Source of the DNA: Clostridia bacterium
Lineage (GTDB): Bacteria; Bacillota; Clostridia; UBA1381; UMGS1253
Direction: 5' to 3'
Length of the DNA: 64,000 bases
Assembly (NCBI GenBank): GCA_045652745.1
Contig: JAZRUW010000027.1
Span: 353 to 64,352, forward strand
How positions within the stretch are numbered: the first letter of the stretch is position 1; each line of letters begins with the position of its first letter. A program made the translations under genes and the position numbers. The notes beneath the pieces are model-generated. The model saw only the letters and a list, made by a program, of their open reading frames with translations, was not told the DNA's origin and ran no database searches. Positions 39,073-47,024 of this stretch are shown in pieces.

Positions 39073-39432
39073 CTATTTTAGTATCTGCCATAGCTTCGGC
39101 AATATGTAATTTGATAATAAAGTGGTTATAAAGGCGACAACAATCGGAATCCAAGCATTTTTTAGCCATAATTCACGGAACTTTAAAGCTTTGTGCTCAA
39201 AGTAATGTAAACCTTCGTGAGTCAGTATAACAGAGGCGGGGCTATCTTCATCAAATGTCGGATAGTATGAATCAAGCAATCCTTGCTTTATCAAATATTC
39301 GCAAGCTGCATTCAGTTCAGAATAATGCATATTTACATCTGCGCTTGAAACATCTATAAGCTCTCCTAAGTCGTCGCTATGATGGTTAACTATGTATTTG
39401 ATTACTTTTTTAGCTTTTTTATCTAATACCAT
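39073..39432 (-). CDS. Prophage moron: 119-aa protein with a C-terminal TM helix, function unknown
   Basis: It has its own promoter on the minus strand: TTGCCT (39479-39474), 17 nt, then TGgTATAAT (-10 hexamer at 39456-39451). The RBS is gaggtga. It is oriented opposite to the early operon. The start is at 39432, not the ORF-track 39633. Confidence 0.6.
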   Translation of the reverse strand: MVLDKKAKKVIKYIVNHHSDDLGELIDVSSADVNMHYSELNAACEYLIKQGLLDSYYPTFDEDSPASVILTHEGLHYFEHKALKFRELWLKNAWIPIVVAFITTLLSNYILPKLWQILK

Positions 39433-39496
39433 TACAATCACCTCAGCGTGATTATACCACAACAGAAAAATTAAGGCAAGAAAGAAGGTGACAAAC

Positions 39497-39691
39497 ATGC
39501 CTTTGGAAAAAGAGGGATATAGAGAAAATCTTGAGCGCATCAAAGAGCGTTTTCCTACCAAAGAAATTTTGAGACCGGGTGAAGTCGCAGATTTTTTAGG
39601 TGTATCAAAACGGACGGTGCAGAGGATGTTCAATTTTAATCAATTTGGTCATATCTCTGTTGCCAGCCTGGCGCGGCAGATATGTAGTTAG
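39497..39691 (+). CDS. Small HTH DNA-binding protein (excisionase-family-like)
   Basis: ..LRPGEVADFLGVSKRTVQRMF.. matches the MerR/Xis-type HTH pattern. Confidence 0.5.
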   Translation: MPLEKEGYRENLERIKERFPTKEILRPGEVADFLGVSKRTVQRMFNFNQFGHISVASLARQICS

Positions 39692-39708
39692 AAAGGAGAG
39701 AAATACAT

Positions 39709-39858
39709 ATGATGAAGTTCTTACGCCGCATATCCGGTCTGCCGGAGCTGACGGCTAAAGATGTTATCGAGGGTTTAATCGGCGCTACACTTCTTGTAGT
39801 GATGTTTTACGGCATTATTTTACTGGCCTCCGGAAGCGCGCCGGTGAACGCATTATGA
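39709..39858 (+). CDS. 49-aa membrane protein, below the ORF-track cutoff
   Basis: The RBS aaaggagag lies 9 nt upstream. The protein reads MMKFLRRISGLPELTAKDVIEGLIGATLLVVMFYGIILLASGSAPVNAL. Its stop overlaps the next start (ATGA). Confidence 0.45.
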   Translation: MMKFLRRISGLPELTAKDVIEGLIGATLLVVMFYGIILLASGSAPVNAL

Positions 39859-40082
39859 AGGGAGGTGTAGTTGTGGGCGGAACTGTAAACGGCGCGGATC
39901 ACGAGAAGGAAATGCTCAAGACGATTATGATTCGTGAGTTTGAACGCGCGTTGCGTAGTGCAAAGAACACAGTCGGATTGACACAGGCTTTTTGGGTGAG
40001 CGTGTGTCATGTGGTATCGGACAAGCTCAAGAAAGAGTTTGGTGTTATTGCAAAATTCAGTTTGGAAGAAGGTGAGGAGTGA
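39855..40082 (+). CDS. Hypothetical early phage protein
   Basis: The ORF is translationally coupled within the early operon. I recognise no family. Confidence 0.45.
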   Translation: MKGGVVVGGTVNGADHEKEMLKTIMIREFERALRSAKNTVGLTQAFWVSVCHVVSDKLKKEFGVIAKFSLEEGEE

Positions 40083-40294
40083 TGGCACAAAAAACACAGA
40101 TTGTGTGTGATAAATGCGGAAAGGAAATAGTTAATCCGTACAATGGCTACTCACCAACTTATAGAATTAAAGACTTTTCTGCAAGGATAACACTGTATGG
40201 AGTTGGCGAAGCAAGGTATGGCACAGGACAAAGAATAGATTTGTGCCTGGAATGCTATGAGAAATTTATAAACTTTTTGGAAGAAGGTGATTGA
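40079..40294 (+). CDS. Hypothetical early protein with a CxxC...CxxC zinc-ribbon pattern
   Basis: The two Cys pairs are VCDKCGKE and LCLECYEKF. It is coupled to the flanking ORFs. Confidence 0.45.
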   Translation: MMAQKTQIVCDKCGKEIVNPYNGYSPTYRIKDFSARITLYGVGEARYGTGQRIDLCLECYEKFINFLEEGD

Positions 40295-40538
40295 TGTGTG
40301 TATGGAATGCTTGCAAACGCCGTGCCACCCGAGATGTCCGAATGCACCGGATGATATTCATCCGAAATGCGGCCATTGCGACGGTGAAATCAAACCGAAT
40401 CCGCTTACGGGATTGTATATGGCATATCCTTTGCCGGACGGCGGATATTTGTGTGATTCTTGCGCCAATGAAATGGACGGGCATGAATTTGCTTGTCTGA
40501 TGGGTATAGACAAGGTGGTGATGCAGGATGTGGAATAA
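40287..40538 (+). CDS. Hypothetical Cys-rich early protein
   Basis: The protein has 11 Cys (CMECLQTPCHPRCP..CGHCDG..CDSC). The start is uncertain (40287, 40296 or 40302). Confidence 0.4.
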   Translation: MIDVCMECLQTPCHPRCPNAPDDIHPKCGHCDGEIKPNPLTGLYMAYPLPDGGYLCDSCANEMDGHEFACLMGIDKVVMQDVE

Positions 40539-40608
40539 ACAAAGAAAAAACGCCCCCGATGTTGGCGCATCATTCGTGGGGGCGCAAGGAAGTTCGTATA
40601 AGAACTCT

Positions 40609-40637
40609 TTGCCTAATTATACCACGGAAATTATAAT
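40609..40637 (+). promoter_or_regulatory. Internal phage promoter ahead of the replication/recombination module
   Basis: TTGCCT (40609-40614), 17 nt, then TATAAT (40632-40637). This is the same -35/-10 pair as the moron promoter at 39451-39479. Confidence 0.55.
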
Positions 40638-40667
40638 TTTTCAAGAATTATTTTGAGGTGATGAGAA

Positions 40668-40895
40668 TTGCAGAAATTCAAAGACGGTGTAAAATTCTAC
40701 ACCACCGGGACGGCGACTGTACGCGTCAATTTCCCGGAAAACGATGTCATATGTGCATGGTGTCCTTTTTGCCGCGCAGACGGCGATTTGAAGCGCAGCC
40801 AGTGTAGATTGACAAATGATGTAATATTCAACCCGTTTTACGGTGTGGCAGATACCTGCCCGATTCAATTTAATGTGAAGGAGACTCAAAAATGA
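40668..40895 (+). CDS. Hypothetical phage protein (75 aa, Cys-containing)
   Basis: The TTG start follows gaggtga. It is coupled to the next ORF. Confidence 0.4.
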   Translation: MQKFKDGVKFYTTGTATVRVNFPENDVICAWCPFCRADGDLKRSQCRLTNDVIFNPFYGVADTCPIQFNVKETQK

Positions 40896-41248
40896 ATGCA
40901 AATGTATTAAATAAGATTTTGGATAATCACAAATTATGGTTGTGCACCGCTGGAAGAGAAGGCGAACGTGCGAACCTTAGCGGTGCGAACCTTAGACGTG
41001 CGAACCTTAGCGGTGCGGACCTTAGCGGTGCGGACCTTGATTACTCTTGCTTTCCACTTTGGTGTGGCGGCCTTGGTGTACATATTGATGATAAAATCGC
41101 GACACAGTTGCTTTTCCATCTCGTGCGCAACGTGCTTGAGAGCGAGAATACAAGCAAAGAAATGAAAAATATTTGCAAGTTGAAGAAAATTATCAAAAAG
41201 GCAAATGAATTTCATCGTGTCGATGAATGCGGTTATATAGAGGGGTGA
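40892..41248 (+). CDS. Pentapeptide-repeat protein
   Basis: The protein contains ANLSGANLRRANLSGADLSGADLDY. This is encoded by 15-bp tandem DNA repeats at about 40965-41040. Confidence 0.75.
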   Translation: MNANVLNKILDNHKLWLCTAGREGERANLSGANLRRANLSGADLSGADLDYSCFPLWCGGLGVHIDDKIATQLLFHLVRNVLESENTSKEMKNICKLKKIIKKANEFHRVDECGYIEG

Positions 41249-41252
41249 TTGT

Positions 41253-41858
41253 ATGGGAATTCCGGTATTGATTTTAGGCGAATCCGGTTCGGGCAAAAGC
41301 TCCAGCTTACGCAATTTCGAGCCGGATGAGGTATTGGTTTTAAATGTTGCAAATAAGCCTTTACCCTTCCGGAAGAAGTTGCCGAACATTAAAAATGCAA
41401 GATATACCGAAATTGGACAGACCTTGCAGAAAGGCGAATACAAAACCTATGTGGTGGATGATAGTCAATACCTTCTTGCATTTGAAATATTCGACCGTGC
41501 AAAAGAAACCGGATACGGCAAATTTACAGATATTGCGGTGCGATTTCGCAATATGCTCGATTTTGTAATTCGCGGTCTTCCGGATGATGTAATTGTATAT
41601 TTTATGCATCACGTTGAAACCACGGACGCAGGTAAAGTCAAAGCAAAGACCGTCGGCAAAATGCTCGACAGTCAGCTGACGCTCGAAGGTTTATTCAGTA
41701 TCGTGTTACTCTGCGTAGCAGACGGACAGACGCACAAATTTATTACGCAATCAGACGGCTATACCACGGCAAAGTCGCCGATGGATATGTTCCCGGCAGA
41801 GATTGACAATGATTTAAAAATGGTAGACAAAACCATACGCGAGTATTGGGAATTATAA
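41253..41858 (+). CDS. Sak4-like RecA-core AAA ATPase
   Basis: The protein has Walker A ILGESGSGKSS and Walker B YVVDDSQY. It is about 200 aa and is immediately followed by a DUF669-type gene, as in phage recombination modules. Confidence 0.65.
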   Translation: MGIPVLILGESGSGKSSSLRNFEPDEVLVLNVANKPLPFRKKLPNIKNARYTEIGQTLQKGEYKTYVVDDSQYLLAFEIFDRAKETGYGKFTDIAVRFRNMLDFVIRGLPDDVIVYFMHHVETTDAGKVKAKTVGKMLDSQLTLEGLFSIVLLCVADGQTHKFITQSDGYTTAKSPMDMFPAEIDNDLKMVDKTIREYWEL

Positions 41859-41874
41859 AAAGGAGATAAGAATT

Positions 41875-42477
41875 ATGAAAAAGTTTAACAGTTATGACAA
41901 TGTAGAGGTTATTAAGGCACAGGAAGCATTGCCGGTAGGCGGGTATGTTTTGCGTATCCTGGATGCTAAAGAGGTTACATACACCTGGGGCAGCGTGCTT
42001 GTATTGAGTTTCGATATTTGTGACGGACCGTACACGGGATATTACAAAAAGAATTACGAAGCACAGACACAAGAGAACAAAAAATGGAAAGGTACGTTCC
42101 GCATGAATGTGCCGAAGGATGATGGAACCGACATAGACGAATGGACGGCACGCAAATTTAAGACAAACATCCATGCAATTGAGGACTCCAATCCCGGCTA
42201 TGCGTGGAACTGGGACGAAAAGAGCCTTGTACATAAGTATGTCGGCGCGGTATTTAACAACAAGGAATACGAAGTTGATGGCAGACGTGGTTTTTATACG
42301 AACTGTCACAGTTTAAAGACAGTCGAGGACATCAGAAACGGCAATTATAAGATTCCGGGGGACACACTTTTGCAAGTTAAGGCAGAAGATAACGCTTTCC
42401 CGAGAAGTGATTTTGCGCCTGCCAATGATGCGTTTGCTTTTGCCGCAGCCGCCGACGAAGGTAATCTTCCGTTTTGA
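41875..42477 (+). CDS. DUF669-type phage protein (putative non-canonical SSB)
   Basis: The N-terminus is ..EALPVGGYVLRILDAKE... It is partnered with the Sak4-like ATPase. The C-terminus ends AAADEGNLPF, which resembles an SSB acidic tip. Confidence 0.55.
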   Translation: MKKFNSYDNVEVIKAQEALPVGGYVLRILDAKEVTYTWGSVLVLSFDICDGPYTGYYKKNYEAQTQENKKWKGTFRMNVPKDDGTDIDEWTARKFKTNIHAIEDSNPGYAWNWDEKSLVHKYVGAVFNNKEYEVDGRRGFYTNCHSLKTVEDIRNGNYKIPGDTLLQVKAEDNAFPRSDFAPANDAFAFAAAADEGNLPF

Positions 42478-43007
42478 TTATGAGTAAGTATAACCATTTT
42501 GAGGTCGATGCAATGCTCGACAATATGATTGTGTATTACGACACGCGCGAACAGATAACACGCGCGCTTGAAAAACGGCTTGCTGCTATGCCGTGTAGGA
42601 CCGAAAGAAAAAAACTCGATTACGGCGACTACAGCGCTGCTACAACACTACCGGACGGCGGGGCATTCAGCCTCGCCGATAAAGTAGTGATTGAACGCAA
42701 GATGTCGTTAGACGAAATCAGTGCAAACTTTACGAAAGAGCGTCCGAGATTTGTACGCGAATTGGAACGCGCGAAAACGGATAATGTTCGCGTTCATTTT
42801 CTGATTGAAAACGGCAGTTGGCATAAGGTACTGTTGCACAAATATCGCACTCGATTTTCGCCAGAGTCGTTTGCGGCATCGTTGCTTGCCTGGTGTGCAA
42901 GATATAATATCCATATTCATTTCTGCACGCCGGAGCATACGGGCAAGCTCATACATCTGATTTTGCGGTATGAACTTAGAGAGATTTTAAACGGAATGGA
43001 GGAATAG
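42474..43007 (+). CDS. ERCC4-domain (XPF/Mus81-like) nuclease
   Basis: The motifs are DTREQ, then GDY, then IERKMSLDEIS, which gives the GDY...ERK pattern of ERCC4 nucleases. Confidence 0.6.
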   Translation: MIMSKYNHFEVDAMLDNMIVYYDTREQITRALEKRLAAMPCRTERKKLDYGDYSAATTLPDGGAFSLADKVVIERKMSLDEISANFTKERPRFVRELERAKTDNVRVHFLIENGSWHKVLLHKYRTRFSPESFAASLLAWCARYNIHIHFCTPEHTGKLIHLILRYELREILNGMEE

Positions 43008-43010
43008 CCG

Positions 43011-43823
43011 ATGCAGACGCTTAGTGGCTTTGTTAAGATACACAGAAAACTGTTGCAGTGGGGATGGTATCAAGATCATGCAGTTAAAGAATTGTGGCTT
43101 CATTTGATTTTGACAGCCGCATTCAAGCAAGGTACATACAAAGGCAAAACTATATACCCCGGGCAAGCAATTATCGGGCGACAATCGCTTGCGAAAGAAT
43201 TGGATTTTTCAGAACAAGAGATACGCACGGCGCTAAATAAGTTAAAATCAACCAACGAAATAACCATCGAAACAACCAACAAGTTTTCTGTTGTAACTCT
43301 TACAAACTGGGAAGAGTATCAAGCGACCGAAAAAGATGCAACCAACACGGTAACCACCACTCCAACCAACCATCAACCAACCATCAACCAGCCAGCAACC
43401 AACAATCAACCACATCTTAAGAATGTAAAAGAATATAAAGAATGTAAAGAAGGTAAAGAAAAAGAAAAGGCGGCATCCGCCGCTTGCGCTGATTACCTCC
43501 TCGGCATTGAAAATCTTTCTCTTCGGGAAGCGTTGGAAGGGTTTTTGGAAATGAGGGAACTGATTAAAGCACCAATGACCGAAAGAGCGCTGATGCTTCT
43601 TGTACACAAATTAGAGAAACTTGCTCCGGGCAATATTCATGCTCAAGTGGAAATGCTCAAAGAAGCAACGCTCAACAACTGGAAAAGTGTATTCCCCCCA
43701 AAGAGCGAAGAAAAGAATAAACCGTCTGTGTTTAGCGGTGGTAAATATGATTACGATGAAATCAAACAGAAAGCCAGAGAAAAAATACGACAAAAAATAG
43801 GTAAAGAGTCGGTGGAGGTATAA
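43011..43823 (+). CDS. Phage replisome organizer / DnaD-like replication initiator
   Basis: The N-terminus is GFVKIHRKLLQWGWYQDHAVKELWLHLILTAAFK...GQAIIGRQSLAKELDFSEQEIRTALNKL. A low-complexity linker is encoded by the iterons. The C-terminal domain is DnaD-like (..LEGFLEMRELIKAPMTERALMLLVHKLEKL). Confidence 0.7.
   Translation: MQTLSGFVKIHRKLLQWGWYQDHAVKELWLHLILTAAFKQGTYKGKTIYPGQAIIGRQSLAKELDFSEQEIRTALNKLKSTNEITIETTNKFSVVTLTNWEEYQATEKDATNTVTTTPTNHQPTINQPATNNQPHLKNVKEYKECKEGKEKEKAASAACADYLLGIENLSLREALEGFLEMRELIKAPMTERALMLLVHKLEKLAPGNIHAQVEMLKEATLNNWKSVFPPKSEEKNKPSVFSGGKYDYDEIKQKAREKIRQKIGKESVEV
43364..43470. repeat. Iteron block (about 4.8 x 11 bp AACCAACCATC) plus an A/T-rich repeat tract inside the replication gene
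   Basis: The 11-mers are aaccaaccatc | aaccaaccatc | aaccagccagc | aaccaacaatc | aaccacatc (43364-43416). They are followed by aagaatgtaaa...aagaatgtaaa and aggtaaagaaaaagaaaagg. Confidence 0.75.
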
Positions 43824-43826
43824 GAT

Positions 43827-45641
43827 ATGGCATTATTTGTTGATAATTTTGCCGGCGGTGGTGGCGCATCGACCGGCATAGAAATGGCAATCGGGCGTAG
43901 CGTGGATATTGCAATTAACCACGACCCCGAAGCTATACGAATGCACAAAGCGAATCATCCAGACACGAAACATTATTGTGAAAACGTGTGGGATGTAGAC
44001 CCGGTGGAAGCGTGCAACGGTGAGCCGGTAGCACTTGCATGGTTTAGCCCGGACTGCACGCACTTTTCGAGAGCGAAAGGCGGTAAGCCGGTGGATAAGA
44101 ACATCCGCGGCCTGGCATGGGTTACAATTCGATGGGCTGCTATGGTACGACCGAGCGTGATTATGCTTGAAAATGTGCCGGAGATTCGCACATGGGGACC
44201 GCTCGGCGCTGACAATAAGCCGGATAAGGAAAGAGCCGGCGAAACCTTTGAAGGTTTTATATTGGCATTGACAACGGGATTATCAAAAGAGCATCCGGCA
44301 TTTGCGGAAATGTGTGAGGCGTTGCAGATTGAGCCGGATTCTGATATGGCAACTAAGATTTCGAATGGTCTCGGTTACGATGTAGACTATCGCATATTAA
44401 AATCCTGCGACTACGGTGCACCGACATCGAGACAGCGATTTTACATGATTGCACGCTCAGATGGTAGACCGATTGAATGGCCGAAGCCGACACATGCACC
44501 AAAGAACAGCGAAGCGGTAAAGCGCGGTGAATGTTTGCCATATCGTACAGCTGCAGAGTGTATCGACTGGAGTATTGAGCCGCAGAGTATATTTGAGCGT
44601 AAAAAACCACTCGCGGAAAATACCTTGCGCAGAATTGCTCGGGGTATCGAAAAATTTGTAATCAATAATCCGGAGCCGTTTATTGTAACGGTAAATCATT
44701 CCGGGGACGGCTTCAGAGGTCAGAGCGTGGACAAGCCGCTCGATACAGTGACGGCAAAGAACGGATACGGTGTAGTTACTCCTATAATTACGACATTCAA
44801 TCAAAACAGCAAAGGACAAAAACTTGATGAACCTATTGCCACGGTAATGGCGGGTGCACCGAGATTTGGCCTTGTCGTGCCGACAATCACAGCGATGGGG
44901 CATCAAGGGACGAAAAGTTGCAGAACAAGACCTGCGGATGAACCACTTTCGACGATAGTAAGCAAAAACGAGCACATCTTGGTAGCGCCGACACTGATAC
45001 AGTATCACGGTGAAACGGCAAAAGATGAGGTGCGTGGTCAAAAGGTGGATGAACCGATAATGACTGTAGACACTGCACCGAGATATGCATTGTCGGTTGC
45101 GCACATTATGAAGAACTACGGTGGTAATTATCAAGGCGCGGGCAGTGATGTTGAAAAGCCGTTACCGACAGTAACCGGCAAAGACCACAACAGCCTTGTG
45201 ACGGCGCATGTCGTTACGCTTCGCAACAATATGGACGGACAGAAAATGGACGAGCCTTTGACAACAATTTCCTGTAGCGGAGCGCATCATGCCGAGGTCC
45301 AGGCGTTTTTAGTCAAATATTTTTCAAATGGAATAGCAAAAAGTACAGACGAGCCTCTTGATACAATCACCACAAAGGACCGTTTTGCGTTGGTGACGAT
45401 TTGCGGTGAGCAGTATGTCATTGTCGATATCAAAATGCGTATGCTACAGCCACATGAACTGTTCAAAGCGCAGGGGTTCCCGGATAATTACATAATTGAC
45501 GTTGACGTAGACGGCAACAAAATCACCAAGACAGAGCAAACTGCAAAATGCGGTAACGCGGTAACGCCGCAGGTGCCTGCAGCATTGGTAAGAGCGAACC
45601 TGCCGGAATATTGTACAGTGGAATTGAGGAAAGGAGCGTGA
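43827..45641 (+). CDS. DNA (cytosine-5) methyltransferase with an expanded repeat region
   Basis: The motifs are DNFAGGGGAS (I), FSPDCTHFS (IV), ENVPE (VI), TSRQRFY (VIII), and QGFPDNY and CGNAV (IX/X). The protein is 604 aa, with seven tandem modules between motifs VIII and IX. Confidence 0.85.
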   Translation: MALFVDNFAGGGGASTGIEMAIGRSVDIAINHDPEAIRMHKANHPDTKHYCENVWDVDPVEACNGEPVALAWFSPDCTHFSRAKGGKPVDKNIRGLAWVTIRWAAMVRPSVIMLENVPEIRTWGPLGADNKPDKERAGETFEGFILALTTGLSKEHPAFAEMCEALQIEPDSDMATKISNGLGYDVDYRILKSCDYGAPTSRQRFYMIARSDGRPIEWPKPTHAPKNSEAVKRGECLPYRTAAECIDWSIEPQSIFERKKPLAENTLRRIARGIEKFVINNPEPFIVTVNHSGDGFRGQSVDKPLDTVTAKNGYGVVTPIITTFNQNSKGQKLDEPIATVMAGAPRFGLVVPTITAMGHQGTKSCRTRPADEPLSTIVSKNEHILVAPTLIQYHGETAKDEVRGQKVDEPIMTVDTAPRYALSVAHIMKNYGGNYQGAGSDVEKPLPTVTGKDHNSLVTAHVVTLRNNMDGQKMDEPLTTISCSGAHHAEVQAFLVKYFSNGIAKSTDEPLDTITTKDRFALVTICGEQYVIVDIKMRMLQPHELFKAQGFPDNYIIDVDVDGNKITKTEQTAKCGNAVTPQVPAALVRANLPEYCTVELRKGA

Positions 45642-45645
45642 GTGT

Positions 45646-45987
45646 ATGACGGAGCGTGAAAGATTGATTGAGTTGCTTGCAAATGCTGATTCATATTGTC
45701 AAGAGACACTTGCCGACTACCTTCTTGCAAATGGTGTAATTGTACCGCCGTGTAAGGTGGGTGGTATAGTATGGGTTGTATATTCTCCCAAATATCCTGC
45801 TAACCCTGCCGACAAAGGAAAATGGTTTATGTCACAAGACGGAGTGCAAAGGATAATTTACGGAGCAAAAGGTATATCAATCGAAACTTGGAATATGGGA
45901 ACTATTTCAGCGAAAAAAATAGGTAGTGAATTATTTTTCATCAAAGAAGAAGCAGAGCAGGCGTTGAAAGAGAGGGATGATGGATGA
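45646..45987 (+). CDS. Hypothetical phage protein
   Basis: The RBS is aggaaaggag and the gene sits in the operon context. Confidence 0.45.
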   Translation: MTERERLIELLANADSYCQETLADYLLANGVIVPPCKVGGIVWVVYSPKYPANPADKGKWFMSQDGVQRIIYGAKGISIETWNMGTISAKKIGSELFFIKEEAEQALKERDDG

Positions 45988-46247
45988 AAACATGCAGAAT
46001 GAAACTTGATTATAACGGCTTGGTTGAAATGATTGATGCGGTTATGTCAAACAGTCGTTCTAAAATTGCAAGAGAAAACGGTTTTGGAATCGGAATAGGG
46101 ATTAACATGCTCACAGGTTATATCAAAAAGATTGCCGAGCGAGCGATAGAATTGAACGATGAAGTGTTGCTCGAATTGTTGCAAGATATGATGGTGATAA
46201 AGCAAACCGACCATTCAACCGAGAAAGGTGGTGGAGCTGATGCGTGA
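45984..46247 (+). CDS. Hypothetical phage protein
   Basis: The start is coupled to the preceding gene. Confidence 0.4.
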   Translation: MKTCRMKLDYNGLVEMIDAVMSNSRSKIARENGFGIGIGINMLTGYIKKIAERAIELNDEVLLELLQDMMVIKQTDHSTEKGGGADA

Positions 46248-46728
46248 GATTTTATTTAGAGGTAAAGCGGTAAATCTTCACAATGGGAGCAAAGATTTTG
46301 TTTACGGTCAATATGTGCAAAACAGAGACGGCAAAATGATTTATAGCGATACTTGGGAAGATGGAATACAAAAACATTATGTAATAGAAAAAACAGTAGG
46401 ACAATACACGGGATTGACCGACAGGAACGGCACAAAGATATATGAGGGAGATATTTTAAGATATTTTGTTTGGGGTTCTTACGAGTGTTTTGCAGTTGTT
46501 CGTATTGGAGAATACGAGCAAGACGGAAGCGGAGACGAATACCCTGCAATTAAAATTTGTGGAGTATATGCCGAAGTTAAAAGATATTGTCCGCTTATAA
46601 AAGAAGATGGAGATTATTTCCCTGAATATTTAAAAAAATCAAGTTTGTTTGAAATAGGAAAAGATGTTTTTGAGTTGGTCGGCAACATACACGATAACCC
46701 CGAACTATTGAAAGGCGGTGAGGGGTGA
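46237..46728 (+). CDS. YopX-family phage protein
   Basis: The protein contains MREILFRGKA...QYTGLTDRNGTKIYEGDIL...VGNIHDNPELL. The start ATG at 46237 follows aaaggtgg. Confidence 0.8.
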   Translation: MMREILFRGKAVNLHNGSKDFVYGQYVQNRDGKMIYSDTWEDGIQKHYVIEKTVGQYTGLTDRNGTKIYEGDILRYFVWGSYECFAVVRIGEYEQDGSGDEYPAIKICGVYAEVKRYCPLIKEDGDYFPEYLKKSSLFEIGKDVFELVGNIHDNPELLKGGEG

Positions 46729-47024
46729 TGGCTTATATTGAAAAAATGAAGTTGTTTACTAAAGCAGGGGAAAAGTATGGCAATGGTAGTAGAGAACAAA
46801 TAATGATTATGCGAGTTGTAAACGAAACAATAGAAGATGATGTCGAAAAAGTAAAGCGCGGAGAGTGGCTTGATGTCATAGAGGAAGTTAATAACACTTG
46901 TGCAGGTATAACTTTTAAAGGTTTTGCTGGATATAAATGCTCCTTATGTGGCAGACAAGAAATACGCAAAGAGCCTTATTGTCATTGCGGTGCGAAAATG
47001 GACGGAAGGAGTGATACCGAATGA
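46725..47024 (+). CDS. Hypothetical phage protein with a C-terminal zinc-ribbon pattern
   Basis: The protein contains CSLCGRQ....YCHCGAKMDG. Confidence 0.4.
   Translation: MMAYIEKMKLFTKAGEKYGNGSREQIMIMRVVNETIEDDVEKVKRGEWLDVIEEVNNTCAGITFKGFAGYKCSLCGRQEIRKEPYCHCGAKMDGRSDTE

Noticed and set aside
40551-40584. A GC-rich hairpin (cgccccc...gggggcg) after the Cys-rich early ORF, considered as a terminator.
   Set aside because: It has a 20-nt loop and no downstream T-run, so it is not a canonical intrinsic terminator. I noted only the promoter that follows it.
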